Origin: Lingula anatina | Lineage: Eukaryota > Animalia > Brachiopoda | Direction: 5' to 3' | DNA length: 64,000 nucleotides | Assembly (NCBI GenBank): GCA_051362555.1 | Contig: JBPQGU010000016.1 | Span: forward strand, 682,001-746,000 | Shown here: piece by piece, positions 13,501 through 28,400 of the stretch | Layout: each line of letters starts with the position of its first letter | Numbering within the stretch: the stretch's first letter is position 1 | Program-made: the position numbers and the translations under genes | The notes under the pieces: generated by a model | Told to the model about the DNA's origin: nothing | The model's input: only the letters and a program-made list of their open reading frames with translations | Databases searched by the model: none

Positions 13501-14542
13501 TTCAATGATATCAAAAATGATTCGACGCTTTAAAAATGGACCGGTTCAAGGGGAATTTTTTGTTTCAGCTAGGGGGACTTCAGGTAGAGGATTCAGTGTA
13601 GGTGTTTCCTCGGATGATAGCAGCATCACACCCTAGGTCTTAGCGAGTTGACTAGAAGCTTTTTGTCCAAGCATCCTATTTCTACTACTAAACTAATAAC
13701 TCTTAACCACAAAGGTTTATGCGGTAAAAATATTTAAACTAAATGAGGTGCTTTGACAGAGGCACAAGTACAATCCAACGCCAACGTGCAACAGGGGAAA
13801 GTCTGACAGTGTATTACATAATATATGAAAGTGCGGTCAATATTAACAGTGTAAGACATCAGTTAAAGAGGAGGGGGTCTTACTATCCTTTGTTAAACGC
13901 GACTGTTATCATCTCTCGAACAAGCTTAAACCATGCCTTATACAATTACTGTGTCTCCGGCTGTCGTGCAGAAACGGCATGACGAACATATTTTGCTTTA
14001 GTTACAAACAGGGCAAACTAGCGACTTGTTCTAGATCGCTCTAGTAAAAAAGCATAAGTGCGGCGCCCGGGCAAAACAATCAACTACCCGGTCTAACATT
14101 CATATCTTAGCGTTTACATAGGTCGCGCAAAGAGCTAAGTACATATGACGCGCAAGGAGCTAAGCAATTAGCCTTGACAAAGTGGTCCGTTTTTAAACAA
14201 AAACAAGAAAAAAGAACGCCTTGTCATAGTCATGAGACAAATCGCTTGCAACGTGCAACAAGGGGGGTGGCTGACAGTGTGGTCACACTACATGTTTATG
14301 AAAGTACGTTGAATCAAGGAGTTATAAGTTATGTGGGTTGACACTCACCGCGTTAGCTGCGACAATGATTATTTCTTCACAGCGATTTCTTCATTCAATT
14401 ATTAAATCATAATTTATTTATTATTTATTAATTTAATTTAATGATTTAAATCATCTAATTTTTATCTATTTTTTATTTGATTCTTAATGTAACCTAATTA
14501 TTTACTTTATTCTTTAAATAATATTTTTATTTATTTATTTAT

Positions 14543-14711
14543 CAAGCCCGTAACCAGCAATTTTAAAGAGGGAGTGTCTTTTTCTGAAAAAGTGGACCTT
14601 TTACCGAAAAATCCCCATGTATTTATGTCAAATTTTACCCAGAGTGGGCCTTTTTTAAGCAAAAGGGTTTTTTTTTTCGAACCTCCCGAACTCCCCCTGG
14701 CTGCGGGCCTG
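14543..14711. mobile_element. Short hAT-like MITE
   Basis: Imperfect TIRs caagcccgtaaccag and ctggctgcgggcctg, within TTTA-rich flanks. Confidence 0.5.
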
Positions 14712-16686
14712 TTTATATATTTATTTATTAAGACTTTCTATTATTATCCTTTTACGGATTCGCTCTATTATTTTATATAAAATGTAACTTAATGTAGTAA
14801 TTGAGGCAACACGCCAGCTTGTAATGTGAATAAATTTTAATAATGTTTCTTTCTTTGTTATCTCTAAACAGTAATGTATTTTTACACAGGTAGCGATGAT
14901 GGAAATTTGTGTACGGAGCATCTTTAAACTTTTTGAGACGGGGTGATTTGTTGATTATGCTGATGTACGATGCTGATGCATGTCTATCAAATTCAATTTT
15001 TGACCACAGAACACTTCATGTTGAATTAAAAAACTGATACTAAATTAAACTAGCAGTTTTCTTGCAACACTTAAAACATGATCAGCTGCGTGTGCCAAGC
15101 TAGTGAACAAAAGGATAGGTGGCCACGGGAGTATAATCCTATCGCCGCAACAAACAATGGGCACTTACTGACTGATGTATCCTGCTGTTAATTACACCTA
15201 GTCACAGCGGATTGTCGCGCTCGCGCTGGACCACAGAAACAGGCGTCACGGGGTTCACTCGCCTAAGGTATTGTGCGTTATTACGTCTAAACTATTGTGT
15301 TTTGGCGTTCGAATTTTGAAGGGATTAGACGGCTCTCCATTGTTTGTCCGCCCCCTTCTATTCATAGAATAGGGATTAAAACCTTTCTGACGTTTTTAAA
15401 ACGTCGTACAACGGAAACTTAATTTTTATTACTACTGTATGTATCAACTGGCAAATAAAGTCAAGCTTATAAGCTTCTCTAAATTTTGTAACCCAGATGA
15501 AATAATTTCTTTTTAAAAAGCTTGCAAGATATAACATAGCAAGCTTTGGCTATAGGGCTTGTCGGAGTGGCAAATGGACTCACAGGAGATGTCACTGTCT
15601 GCCACCATCTGATTAATGTCAAATCAGCAGTTTCTGAATGTTTAGGACCATTACTAACAAATTATCATAATGGACATAAATAGAAAAGGCGGATATGTTT
15701 TTAATTAGGCTAAATTTGCAAAAAAAAACGAACTTATTTTGCAGCTTTTTTACTTTCTACCATATGTTTTGACGGCCATTTTGGTTTTTTTGCTATATGT
15801 AATGGGTTAAAGTGTATTCACCAGTACTGTTGTGCTCTCCTGATAGGATACACGTTCAAAACAGCTGTCAATAAAGTTTACCCGGTGACTTCTGGTCGCT
15901 TTTCTATTTTTCCTCATAAATTGACAGCCATATTGAAAAAATGCTCAAGGTCTCTGAAATAGCAACCAAGCTAATTTTGCTTCCCTCGACCTAAAGAATG
16001 CATTTCAGCAAAAAAAGTTTACAGGAAAAAGTATTGCAGGGTTAGCGTTCTGGCTACTCGACTAGCAGGTCAGAGGAGGTACAGAAGTTACTTGGGAGTG
16101 ATTTGAGAACCCGCCACACTTGACCAGCTCTCTACTTGACAAGCTCATGCAGTGGGTCACTGACACTATTTTCCTTGTTTAAGATCAATGGCATCGATCG
16201 CAACTCAAGGCCGTTCTGTTATTGCTTTGTATTTACAACACTTATCCTTTTCTCCTCTAATGTGAAATGACGCTACCAGATGAATCAGAACATTTACTGT
16301 CTAACCAAAAGTGTCTTTCAAGGCTGGACCATTGTATTCTGCTACAGCAATATAGCTTACTGTAATTCTACACCATCATAAGTCAATGTCCAGAAGGATA
16401 TGGTGACCATTTTGAGGGCACGCTGCTGTCCCACAACTTATCAATTATGACATGACATAATTTATGTAAGGGTAAAGCACTGGTCTGTAAATCTGCGGTG
16501 AAGTTATTTTTCTTTACATGAGCAAATCTCAACAAATTACAAAAAGAAAATAAATAAACGACTGTGAAATTAATGTTGTGTCTTTATGGTACTTTTGCCT
16601 GCCCCTATATAAGGTTCACTAAACAACTGACTACTAGTAAGCTGAATGAGGTGATGCTTTTAATTAGTTCCTTCTAAGATGCATCG

Positions 16687-19600
16687 TCAAAAACAAAGAA
16701 CGCCAGCGTCTTCATGGTGACCACAGTTTTCATTTGCCCAGCCGGCGTGCTTACATGATGCAATGTTGGGTTCTGATCCTGTGCAGAGGACATCGTCTAA
16801 CCATATGTCTCCGGTACCTTGTCCAAAATAGGCACTTTGTACGGCAACTGCGTTGGAATGGGGTAGATTTAAAGACTTGCAGAAAACTTTGGCATCAGTA
16901 TTATTCCAGTAGTCATCACAAACTGTTCCCCAGACTCCATTATGTTTCACTTCAACTCTGCCACCGTACTTTCCATTGATATTTATTCCAACAATACGAT
17001 ACAAGTTACGTTGAAGAAAAGCTGGAATGTTCAAACAAAACCTGTTCAAAGATCAAACTTTTCAGATAAAATCTATTCATAGCACTGTTAGTAAATATTA
17101 TATGACTGAAATATAGTTTTTACATATCAATTTTGTACAGCATGTTAATATTTATAATTCACTCATAATTCAATTCTATTTACACCAGCAGTCCATTCCT
17201 CTTACCTACAGTGACACGAAAAATTATGTTAACAGTAAATTACTTCATGAAACTGCCTTAACCTGATTCACAATCCCTTCCGCTGTATCCAGTACGACAG
17301 CTGCAAGAATAGGTGTTAGCATAACTCCTGCACGTGGCCCCATTTTGGCAGGGCTGGCTGCGACATTGGTTTCCTTTTGTATCAAAAATTTCTAGATTTC
17401 AAATATGTTTAAACTCACTAGCGTTATCAACAACAGTAGGTCATATGCGTTCAGCGAGTTATGCCTCTTTAAATAACGATCCAGTTTTACCCATAAATCG
17501 TCTTAATAAGGAGGCCGCTGTCTTACAGATAGATATACATATATAATTCATTTTATTTATATCAGAAAAAAATACTCTATATCATAATTTTTCTGTATAT
17601 CATCTGATTTTCACCTTGGCAGTTTGTCCCGTAGTACCCGGCAGAACACAAACATCGATAAGAATTCACCATGTCAACACATGTCCCACCATTCTGACAA
17701 GGACGACTGGAACATTCACTGATTTCTAAAACGTTAATGTAAATTAGACTAATGTAAGCTAGCAATTTTATTTAAAAGCAAAACCAAAACATCTTAAGTA
17801 TAACATGGAAAACGGTGTACTGGCTTTGTTAATTTTACAGAATTTCACTTCATATGTTTTACTTCCATTGATCAGTATACTATATTTGTATAAGCTAAAG
17901 TAACATACCAAGTTGACACAATTTGCCGGTAAAACCAGGAGGGCAATCGCAGTCAAAACCGCCATGATTATTTATACAGGTGGCGCCCCTAACACATGGC
18001 TTGCTCATGCATTCATTTATATCTACAAAGAAACAAAAAATATATGTGCCTTTAACTGATAATTTTCTGTCTTAATACTTATTCAATCCGTTATTATGGC
18101 AAATATGTAGCAATTACTATGCTCTGGATAATCCTGTTGCGTACAAAGATAAAGAAAAATTATACACATATTTTGATAGTATAAAAATGTTTGATGCGAT
18201 CAAAATATCATCATATCACCTTAAAGCGCGAGAGAGTATTCATGCAGCACAGGCTTCAAACAACTGCGCATGTGCTATAGTGCGCTGTTTGAAATGAACA
18301 AGTTGGTGAAATTGACAATGCCTGCCGGCGTTTACCGTCTGGTTGATTTTATTTCATTAGCTCTCTGGTGTCTTTTTGAAAGTTTATATTAGAAATGTTC
18401 TATTGATTTTATGTTGTAAAAAGTAAATCCGTCTGAATTCCTTAGAAAAGCATTTATTTTACCTTCATTTTAAGGGGATTCCCATTGTATTTATAGTGTT
18501 ATATGTGGCCCCAATGGGGATTTTCACACCTCCCCCACTCTTGATTAATAAAATTCTTCATCTGGAGGATTGTAAATTATATTGTAAAATACAATGAAAA
18601 TCTTAGGAAGGTTAACTGCAGATAATGCTGCGAGGATATTCTTAACAGTGGGGGAACTCGGCCAATATAAAATTTTTAACTTCGTTTTACGATTTTGGAG
18701 CGCCTGTTCTAATTTTTGAAAGAGAGGCAATGGAACAATACTATACAATTTGTAATCTCGTAAAAATTGCTATTTTTATATAAAGGTTATAGCATGGAGT
18801 ACATCGAAATGCGACTTGTTTATTATTATGATCTTAAATAATAATTAATATAAAACAAACGATATAATACGTTCTTAACGTTAGCCTATTTATTAGCTTA
18901 ATTGATTTTTTTTCGTATTTGGAGATTAAAAACACAAAAGTTGTCTGGTTTCATGTCGAGGCACTACGTTTCGTTCGTGTGCTTATTCATGCAGTTTTAT
19001 ACAAGCTTTATACAAAGAGTAATGAAAAACCTTTCATTCGTCTACCAGGATATTCATATTACAAAGACTCATAGTTGACTATCTACCGTTTTCACACAAT
19101 GTGCCTTGGAAACCGGAAGAACAAGAACATCGGAACGACTCTAGAGTGTTCTCACAATGGGCACCATTTCTGCAAGGTTTACTTAGGCAGTGGTTGGACA
19201 CTGGAATAAATACACACCCAATTACATCTCTTCAGACTTACCTCCTCATCAAACAGCCATGAAATGGGATAGACCTAAGTCATTTTCCACAGAAATGACT
19301 TTCTTTAAATCTTTATCATTCTCAGTTATAGAAGAATAACAGATTTTCATGTGAGACATCTGCAAAAATATAAAATGTTTAAAAAGTTTTTAACTGATTT
19401 AGTGACAGTCACGGCTGTTCTTACTTGTTTCACAAATTCTGCCGGTATAACCAAACGGACAACTGCAAGAATACGTATCATTTTGATTCCTGCAGGTAGC
19501 ACCATTTTGACACGGGCTGCTGCGACACGGATCTCTCTCTGTAACGTAATTTAAACGGCTGATGATACCTGATATAATTAACATAACACGCTATCTCGTC

Positions 19601-21091
19601 TTTTCCAAAAGAGGCAGACACACGCAAATAAGCTCGCAAACAGAAAACACGCACAAACATATAAACACACATTGATTTGCTCAATTTGGTATTTCAAAAA
19701 AGAAGCGCAGGGAGAACGTTGAATACCTACCTTGGCAGTTTGTCCCTAGGTACCCGACAGAACACAAACACCGATAAGAATTCACCATGTCAACACACGT
19801 CCCACCATTCTGACAAGGACGACTTGAACATTCACTTATTTCTAAAAAAGTAAATATTGATAAAACGTGATAAAATGTTCACTTGTAAAAGGGCCAAATT
19901 TATTTTATCGTAAAAAAACAAAAAAAAAATATAAATACCAACTGACTTTGTTTGTTTCAGAAATGAAAGATATTTTAAAAATTCAAAATTAAACTTCATA
20001 TTTGCATTGATCAATACACTATCTTTTTGACTATTAGCTAAATGTATTATCATACCAAGCTGACATAATTTGCCAGTAAAACCAGGAAGGCAATCGCAGT
20101 CAAAACCGCCATGATTATTTCTACAGGTGGCGCCCCTGGCACACGGGTTGTTCATGCATTCATTGATGTCTGCAAAAGAAAAATATTTGTATCTTTAACT
20201 TATTATCTGTCTATTTTCCAATTGCATTTCTTTGTACTTATTCCAGCCGTTATTATAGCATTTCTTCAAAGGTTTGCTTAGGCACTGGATGGTCACTGTA
20301 ATAAATAGGCATCTCTGTGTCCACACTCCATTAGATTTCGTCATGCCTACATTTCGGACTGATATCTGCTTATAAATCATCTTTTTAAAGTTGGGTTTTC
20401 ACTTTGGGTTGATTGGCATTTTTCCCCTTTTCACCAAATTTATGCAGAGATACAATATTATATCAATTGACTTCCTTCGTTTAATTACCATTTGAACCAT
20501 TGTTTGCTGAAACCAAACTCTCAAATTCATGGTTGAGTTTGTCACTATTTTCTTTTTGGGTAAACGCTAGCGACCATACAACAATAGCAACCAATGCAGC
20601 GCACATGATTCCCACTAACACCAATGCTATTTGTAACCGTCTATTGACTTTTGTCTTTGGTGGCTGTGTAATGCTTGTATTGGGATCATCGGCATTGTCA
20701 GTTGGACCAGAAATCCTTAAACTCTCGTAAACACTTGTTGTCTCCTCTGGAGCGAGATCCATATCCGCCGAAGTTTCATATGTTGCATTTACATACGCGG
20801 CACTTTGGTCTTGAGGAGTAGTAAATAACTTGATACCTAAAAGTAGTTATAGCATGATTTCATCATGGAATTGACAACTCCATACAAAGTGATAATTTCA
20901 GATCGCCTGAATATCAGGCTCACAAATAAATAAGTAAAGGTTAGAAACCAATATATATATTTCCAAAGATTATATTTAACACAGGGAAAGCATATTCATT
21001 TTAATAGCTTATACTTAAAACATGTTTATTAAACGAACCCTATTCATAAGAACTGATTAACCCATGGATGCATACCTCTTGAATCTGCCAT
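16687..21091 (-). CDS. Copy B, type II TM + 7 EGF + C-terminal SRCR receptor (about 495 aa predicted)
   Basis: Exons 21091-21076, 20836-20489 (tail and TM), EGF b 20169-20056, c 19841-19731, d 19538-19425, a 19200-19087, b 18022-17909, c 17725-17615, d 17373-17263 (shifted acceptor), SRCR 17021-16687 ([26 protein letters not shown]). The first a exon near 20295 is truncated and assumed to be skipped. Confidence 0.82.
18246..18983. mobile_element. 738-bp insertion with a 9-bp TSD (Mutator-like by TSD length) in a copy B intron
   Basis: TSD tattcatgc at 18237-18245 and 18984-18992, and short termini AGCACA...TGTGCT. Paralogous introns show the empty site. Confidence 0.75.
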
Positions 21092-22120
21092 GTTTACTTT
21101 CTTCGAATTTCAAAAGCTGTGGAATAATAAAATGTTGTATTGCCACATCTTTCAAAGTTTGACGCATATTGCAAACGAAGAAAATGTAAATGTGCATTTT
21201 GCAACTACGACACATTTTACGACAGTAATGCATTTTAACGGTTTGAATAACATATGTATTATATAATATAGGTTCACGCATATTCTCTTTCTTATTTTTC
21301 TGAAAATAGGATGAACCACGATTACAACATTGCCGTTATAACTTTGGAGCCGTGAGGGGAGTGTAGTTAAAGGATTTTTGGTTCAACATTTCAAACCAAA
21401 CACTAATGCTAAACGCTTGTCGCTAAAAGCAAATTACTGCGGATTACAGCTGGATCAGTGTGTAAACAAGGATGAAAGCGCTGTACTATATTGGTTAACG
21501 TTTCAGTGACATACAAAAGTTGATTGTAAATGCGCCGTGGTTGCAGGATGCATAATGCTGATGTAAATTGTTTTTTCTTTATTCTTTTTGCGGTCGTTGT
21601 TACAGTTGCTTTGAATTAAAAGCATGAAATATTACGATAAGCGACCCTTCGCGCTTTCTGTAACTGACATGTTGGTAAATGTGTTATCTACAACCGCTCT
21701 ACATTAGCAATGAAACTTAACTAAAATGCAAACTTTCTAATCAATTTTGCCCTCCCCCCATAGACCAAAGGATATTGAAAAATAGTTGTTTAAATTTAAC
21801 ATTTTTTACTTCTTCTTAAAGTCATTTTCAAGTCGTTATAGTGCAGGATCCCAGATTTTCAGCCCCTATAAATCAGGGTCTGCCAGCCACACCCAACCAC
21901 TCAATCTGTCTGTCAGTGTCTATTTAATATACTTGTGACCATGCTGAAAGACCCCCGATAGGTTTCTAAGGGTTCCCCTAAAAAGTCCTGTTAGCTGGAT
22001 TTGAGGGCTTTTGTTTTGAACCCTCTGACCGCACCCATCACTGGCAATACGACAGACTCCCATTTTCATATAAAGGTAAGCATGTAGGTCATTGCCAGGT
22101 ACAAGAAAATTTGTGATCTT

Positions 22121-22482
22121 TTCGGGCATACTCAACCCTCTGGGATCTTGGACTATTATTTATCTAATATGTAACAATTACTATACTTTGAATGATCATA
22201 TTGAGTTACAAAGGTAGAAGAAAAGTTTATACAAATATTATGATTGTGCACAAGAGTTTGTGATGCAAAAAGTAATGATAGACCTTCCTAGGACATTCAA
22301 ATTACACAGGCTTATGGTTTGGTACCTACCGTTTTCACGCCACGTGCCTTGGTAACCGGAAGAACATGAACATCGAAACGAGGCCACATAGTTCTCGCAG
22401 TTGAAATGTTTATCTAATAGATAAATAATAGTCTAATAGATAAATAATAGTCCGAGATCCCAGAGGGTTGAGTATGCCCGAA
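22121..22482. repeat. Palindrome homologous to 3978-4070, interrupted by a captured EGF exon/intron fragment
   Basis: Both arms are intact, and 22166-22399 matches 1809-1903 joined to 1972-2110. Confidence 0.9.
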
Positions 22483-25400
22483 TTTAAAATATTCAACTGG
22501 AAAGGTACAATAATAAAACTACAAACAGAGCCTACCCCGCACTTAAAACCAAAGAGCTTCACTGTCATCACATATTACCAATTATATCACATTGTTATCA
22601 TTTGATGCAAATATACATGTGCTTTAAAATTTTTGATAAGTAAAACAAGACTTGTAACCAAAAGATCGTAATGTTTCAGGTTGAAGACTATCTGATTCTG
22701 ATTTTAACAAAGAAATGACTCTATCGCTTAAGTCACTATGATAACACAACCATAAGCACAACCATTTTATCCACACTCACGAACATTTCATTCCCGTCAA
22801 CATTTTAACTTTAAAATGTGGAGCACCATAGTTGCAGAATTGTGAGATGAGACTATTTATCTATAGAAGTATAAGCATAAATACTCCATACCTGTAAAAA
22901 GAACATAATTATTGTACTTACCAGGCGTCTCAACAGCCTTTTTACTAATGTGACACTACGCACGTTTGTTGACAACAAAACTTTAGCTCTCACGCTGAAA
23001 CTAGCAATATTACTTCCTGGTTCACCTACAAGTACAACACGTGACGGGGAAAATATGCGACATTGCAAAACGTTTGCGTCTAAAAGTGGTTGCTTATTTT
23101 TATTTATTTGAGCTTCATTCATATAGTAGGGGCAGTGCGTTGACTATGAAGTCAGGTGCTGATATTTTTCTTTTTTCATTTGTAAAGACAAAAAATTACC
23201 CCCCCCCCCCCCCACACACACACACAAATAATATATGTACTGAATAACTTCATAGCTTTACTTGTGTGCTCATAAAATTCGATTCAGGTGCTGAGGCGTC
23301 TCGGGGTACAACTAAAGCCAGCTAATGACGACGTGTGACGGGACTCAATCGTTCACTTCTGTGTGGGATGGTCCGACTTCGCAACTTACACTAAAAATCG
23401 TTATTATCTTAATTTTCAGCATTTTCCACTTAGTCACCCATGTGTGATATACAGGGTATCTCACATCATCACCCAGGTGTTCTATATCTCATATCGCGAA
23501 AAATTTAAAACATGAATTTATTAGGATAATAGTAACAATTCCCTTTTTTTGCTTCATAAGAGAATTTAAAAAGGAGAAACGAATGTGGATAATAATAGTA
23601 CATAACGGTATATTTTATAAATGACACCCCATTATACATTAAAATTCACTTAAAACTTAAAATACAATACTATATCATAGTTTAAGAAACTATACCAGAT
23701 TGCTTAATATTAAAATCAGAACTACTAGAATTATTATACGAAATTCACAGCATTAAACATTAAAACTTGTAAACGCGAATTTAAAACTGTCTTTAAAACT
23801 AATGCTCAGCTTTGGGTTAACTTTTTATATCTCATTCCGGCAATAACATGCTAACTAAAATGGAGTTCGAAGAGCCCGAGTGACACGCACTAAAGAAGGA
23901 AAGAGCTAAAAACGATGGACTGGTCACATGATTTACGAGACTACTAGGCACCAGCTGGAGCTTGGATAGCTTGGAAGGGAAGTTAAAGGAGTCATCTAGA
24001 GAGGAGAGAACCCGCCACTGAACCCTACTGGAGAAATAAGATTTATGAAGATATCAATTATGAAATATAACATGATTTATGTTAGGACAAAGAACCGGTG
24101 TGTAAAACAGAAAAAAATTCCCTCTTTGCATGACCGAATTTCGACAAAATATATAAGAATCAACGGTCACTCATCTTAAATCAATATGACGCGATGCTTT
24201 TGTTACTCCTCTGTATAAGGTTTATTCATCTGAAGGAGGTGACACATTTACGAAAAAAAATTTTAAAATACGTATCATGTTTTCACTTCACCCAACATGG
24301 AAAGGGGAAAGGCAAATATTTGGCAAGTGTAAAAGAGCATGTGTCTGTTATGAATAAAGTTTATATGGCCAGTATTATCCGCTGAGATACCATACCCAGT
24401 ACGTGTGGTAAAGGCACTTTAGATGCAAGTTAATACGAATGAACTCAAACATTCGCTGGTGTTAGATAAATATTTTAGTCTGAAATTAATTACAGATTAA
24501 AAGTTATTGTAATAGACCCCATACTTTATTGAAGGACCTTAAAGTGACCAAGTATGATAAAAACATACAGGGTACGCTTTTAACGGTGTGTGTATTGACT
24601 GCTGTATTTTCCCCTTACTGATTAAATATATATTTACCTTTTTAAACATTTTTATTCACATTAAAGGTTAAATATTAGTTTCAGTATAAATAAAGGTGGC
24701 AAGTTGCCGAAGCAGTATACGCTCACCTTAGAAATATCAAGTCATGAAATTAGATTTTAAAAATAATAATAATAATAGTGATAAATAAAAATATTCAAAG
24801 AAAAGACGAGTAACGAGTACATAAGTGAAATCTGACATTTGAGGAGAGGGAGGAACAGGGCATGTGGGGAAGGTGTTTGTGGGAGGCAATAGGCCATCTC
24901 ACTTGCACATGTACATGATAACCGGTTCAAATGCTCAATAGAGCTGAAGTTGTATTGTGTACTGTATGTAGCAAAATAGCATTTATTTGACAGGACTATT
25001 TGTGTAATACATTCGCCTCTTGATAACACAAAGCTTTTATCCCGAGCTCGAGGTCGTTCTTTGACAAAACAATTTCTTTGCAAAGTTGCAATAATAAAAA
25101 TGCTCTTAGACCTTGCCCTTAATTTAAAAGAGATCTCGATCAAAGGATACGGTTGGCGTGGATATTACACGGTATTATTCGATACAGAGATTCGTACCAC
25201 AGCAGGTGATCTTTATTGACAACGACGCGTGTAAAACGACATGACAAGGAATACAGATATTCCCTGGTTCCAGTAAGTTAAATACGGACAAGACTAGATC
25301 ATAGACATTCAACCCACTCAATAAATCTACACCTGTGTCGGCAGATTCGTGTTTCACTTTAGGGTATAAAGCGACCCATGCATAACGATGGTATTTTCTG

Positions 25401-28400
25401 TACCAAGTAGGCCTATTTATACATTTAACTATTTTAATGTTAAAACAATCTCCAACAAACTTAAGCTACTCAATCCACTTACCAGTGTATTCGTGGAAAA
25501 AAAACAACACGTTTGACCTGACTATGTGCCAACTTCTACTAAGTGCATGTCTGTTTCACCTGTCCTCGCGGCCGATCACATCACGTGGTATGAAAAATAC
25601 GCAAAATAACAACACGATTACAAAGAACAAGGTAAAGGTTGTCCGACTTCGCAGTGTGTGCCTGGTCTTTGCGGATCCGTTCGATCAAGTAACGATCTCA
25701 CCCAACGATCTCACCCCAACACACAGACAAACGGAGGTGAAAGCATAACCTCAACATACACTCTTATCGCACTGAATAACAAAATTCGTTGATCTCCGTG
25801 TTAAACGTACTAACGCAAAATTTAGGGTAGCACACATTGATCAGGGACCCAATTTCATCACCACTTGAGAGCGTTATCCTATGGACAACATTATCCTTAA
25901 AAGTGTTACCTCTGGACAAATATCCTGAGGGAGGCAGCCTTTTTTAACCACTGGAAAGCAATATATCAAAGACAAAAACAAGTATGTTGTGTTTAGTAAA
26001 TATTATTTTCGAAACATTTAAGTAAAATTATTTTGCCAAAAGGATGACAATTTGATCTAATTGATAGTTTTATCCAGATGATAGAGCTAAACAGTGTTAA
26101 TGATACTGTGCCCAAGATGATACCAGAATAACACAACTAGTGAATAATATCAAAGAAAGGGTGATGAGTGGTGGTGTTCATTGATATTTTTAACAAGCAA
26201 TACCAGAATGACATAAAAATACCTTGTACCTTAACTATCCTCTTATTGCCATTGCACGTTCCCACTGTTGTTACGACATGCTACTAATTCAGGGTCGCTT
26301 TTCAATTTCATTGGTTGTTGGGTCTATATATAAATCAAGAGAAAACTAATGTTGAATGCGTTACCTCATTCCAACATAATAAAAACAACATCAATATCGG
26401 TTTAGTATTTTAAACTAATTTATTGAAATCGACATAACACTCAACATACTAGATTATATGTAGATGTAGGTAAATAGTATTTTCCGAAATTTTCAACAGT
26501 TTCCCCTTACCCAAATACATACCGGTATAGGTACATTCTAAACTATATCTTGGAATATGGTAACTGAAAATACATTTTAATGAACGCTACCGCGCTATCC
26601 ACATTTTACATATTCATTCAAGCAATTTTCCAAGGAGAAATGAAGTAAATAATATCCGTTATAATTGAATAAATAGCATTTCACTTCAAATATTTCAATG
26701 CAATTGACAGTTATGTTCACTGCTTAAGAGATAACCCTATGCTATACTAAAATGATGCCTTCATGCTCTAATCTTAACTAAAAACCACTTACATAATAAT
26801 ACGTTGAAAACATTGACCATTAAAACATTTAATGCGAATTTTTGTCTTTAAAACTAATTATCAGTCAATAATATGTGATTGAATATTATTTCTCATTCCA
26901 GACAATGACAGGTTTACTAAAACGGATTTGGAGGAGCCGCGGTGAGACGAATTAAATAAAACAATGTGCTGGTCACGTAATTTGTCAGAGGGGACACCGA
27001 AACCATCGGGGAGATATTTGAGAACCCATCACTGAACCACGAAGATCTGTGATTTCTTAACTCTCCACTTGACCAGTTCATTGGATCACTGAGACTAATT
27101 TCCTTCTAGCAGATAAATGACACCCATCATAACGTCTGTTCTGCTATTGCTTTGTATTTACAACACTTATCTTTGTCTCCTCTTATGTGAAATGTCGCTA
27201 CTGGATGAATCAGAACATTTTTTCTCTTTTCCAAAGTGTCTTTCATGGCTGGACCAATATAGGCTACTTTACCAGCATAGCCTACTGTACCTTCAAGAGT
27301 CAATGTCCAAAAGGATATGGTGGCCATTATAAGGTCACGTGTCTGTCCTACAACCTATCAAGACTGATATAACATTGAATATGTAAGGTGAAACACTGGT
27401 CTGTAAATTTGCGGTGCAGGTATTTTCTTGGCATGACCAAATATAAGCAAATTACAAAATTAAATAAAACATCAACAATTGTGAAAGCAATAGAGTTCGG
27501 ATATGTTACTTTTCTCACCACCTGTATAAGGTTCAGTAAGCCATTGACAAGAATGGAGGCGACGTTTTTCAATATAGACAATTCTAAGATGCATCATCAA
27601 AGGCAAAGAACGCCGGCGTCTTCACTGTGATCACAGTTCTGATTTCCCCAACCGCTATGTCTACAAGATCCAATATCGGGTTCTAATCCTGAGCAACTGA
27701 CATCGTCCAACCATATGCGTCCACTACCTTGTCCGAAATAGGCGCTTAGTGCGGCAACTGCGTTGGAATAGGGAAGATTTACAGACTTGCAGAAAACTTT
27801 GGCATCAGTATTATCCCAGTAGTCATCACAAACTGTTCCCCAAACTCCATCATGATTCACTTCAACTCTGCCACCGTATGTTTCATTGATATTTATTCCA
27901 ACAATACGGTACAGATGACGTTGATAAAAAGCTGGAATTTTCAAACAAAACCTGTTTAGAGAACAAATATTTCAGATAGGATCCATTATATCAAAACATG
28001 ATTGAAGTATAGTTTTTAAATATAAATGTTGTACAGCATGTTAATATTTATAAGTCACTTATAATTGAAGTCTATTTACATCAGCACTAAATTTCTTTTT
28101 ATCTGCAGTCTGACGAAAAAACATGTATCAATAAATTATTTCATCACACTGCCTTAACCTGATTCACAGTATCTGCCGGTGTATCCAGAACGACAGCTAC
28201 AGGAAAAGGTGTTAGCATAACTCAAGCAAGTGGCACCATTTTGGCAGGGACGGCTGCGACATTGATATCCTTCTGTAACAAAAACTGCAAGAATTCAAAC
28301 TATGGTTAAATTCACTAGCGTTGTCAACAACGGTAGTGCATATGAGTTCAGCGAGTTATACTTCTTTAAATAGCGATCCAGTTTTACCGAGAAATCGTCT

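Larger units (their letters stand above)
10143..16064. mobile_element. 5.9-kb non-autonomous long-TIR DNA transposon, Academ-like, inserted in the 3' region of copy B
   Basis: Termini TAGTCGAG...CTCGACTA, imperfect inverted repeats of roughly 350 bp (about 10143-10510 versus 15700-16064), and a 3-bp GCA duplication at 10140-10142 and 16065-16067. Removing the element restores colinearity with the 3' flank of copy C near 26970. Confidence 0.75.
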
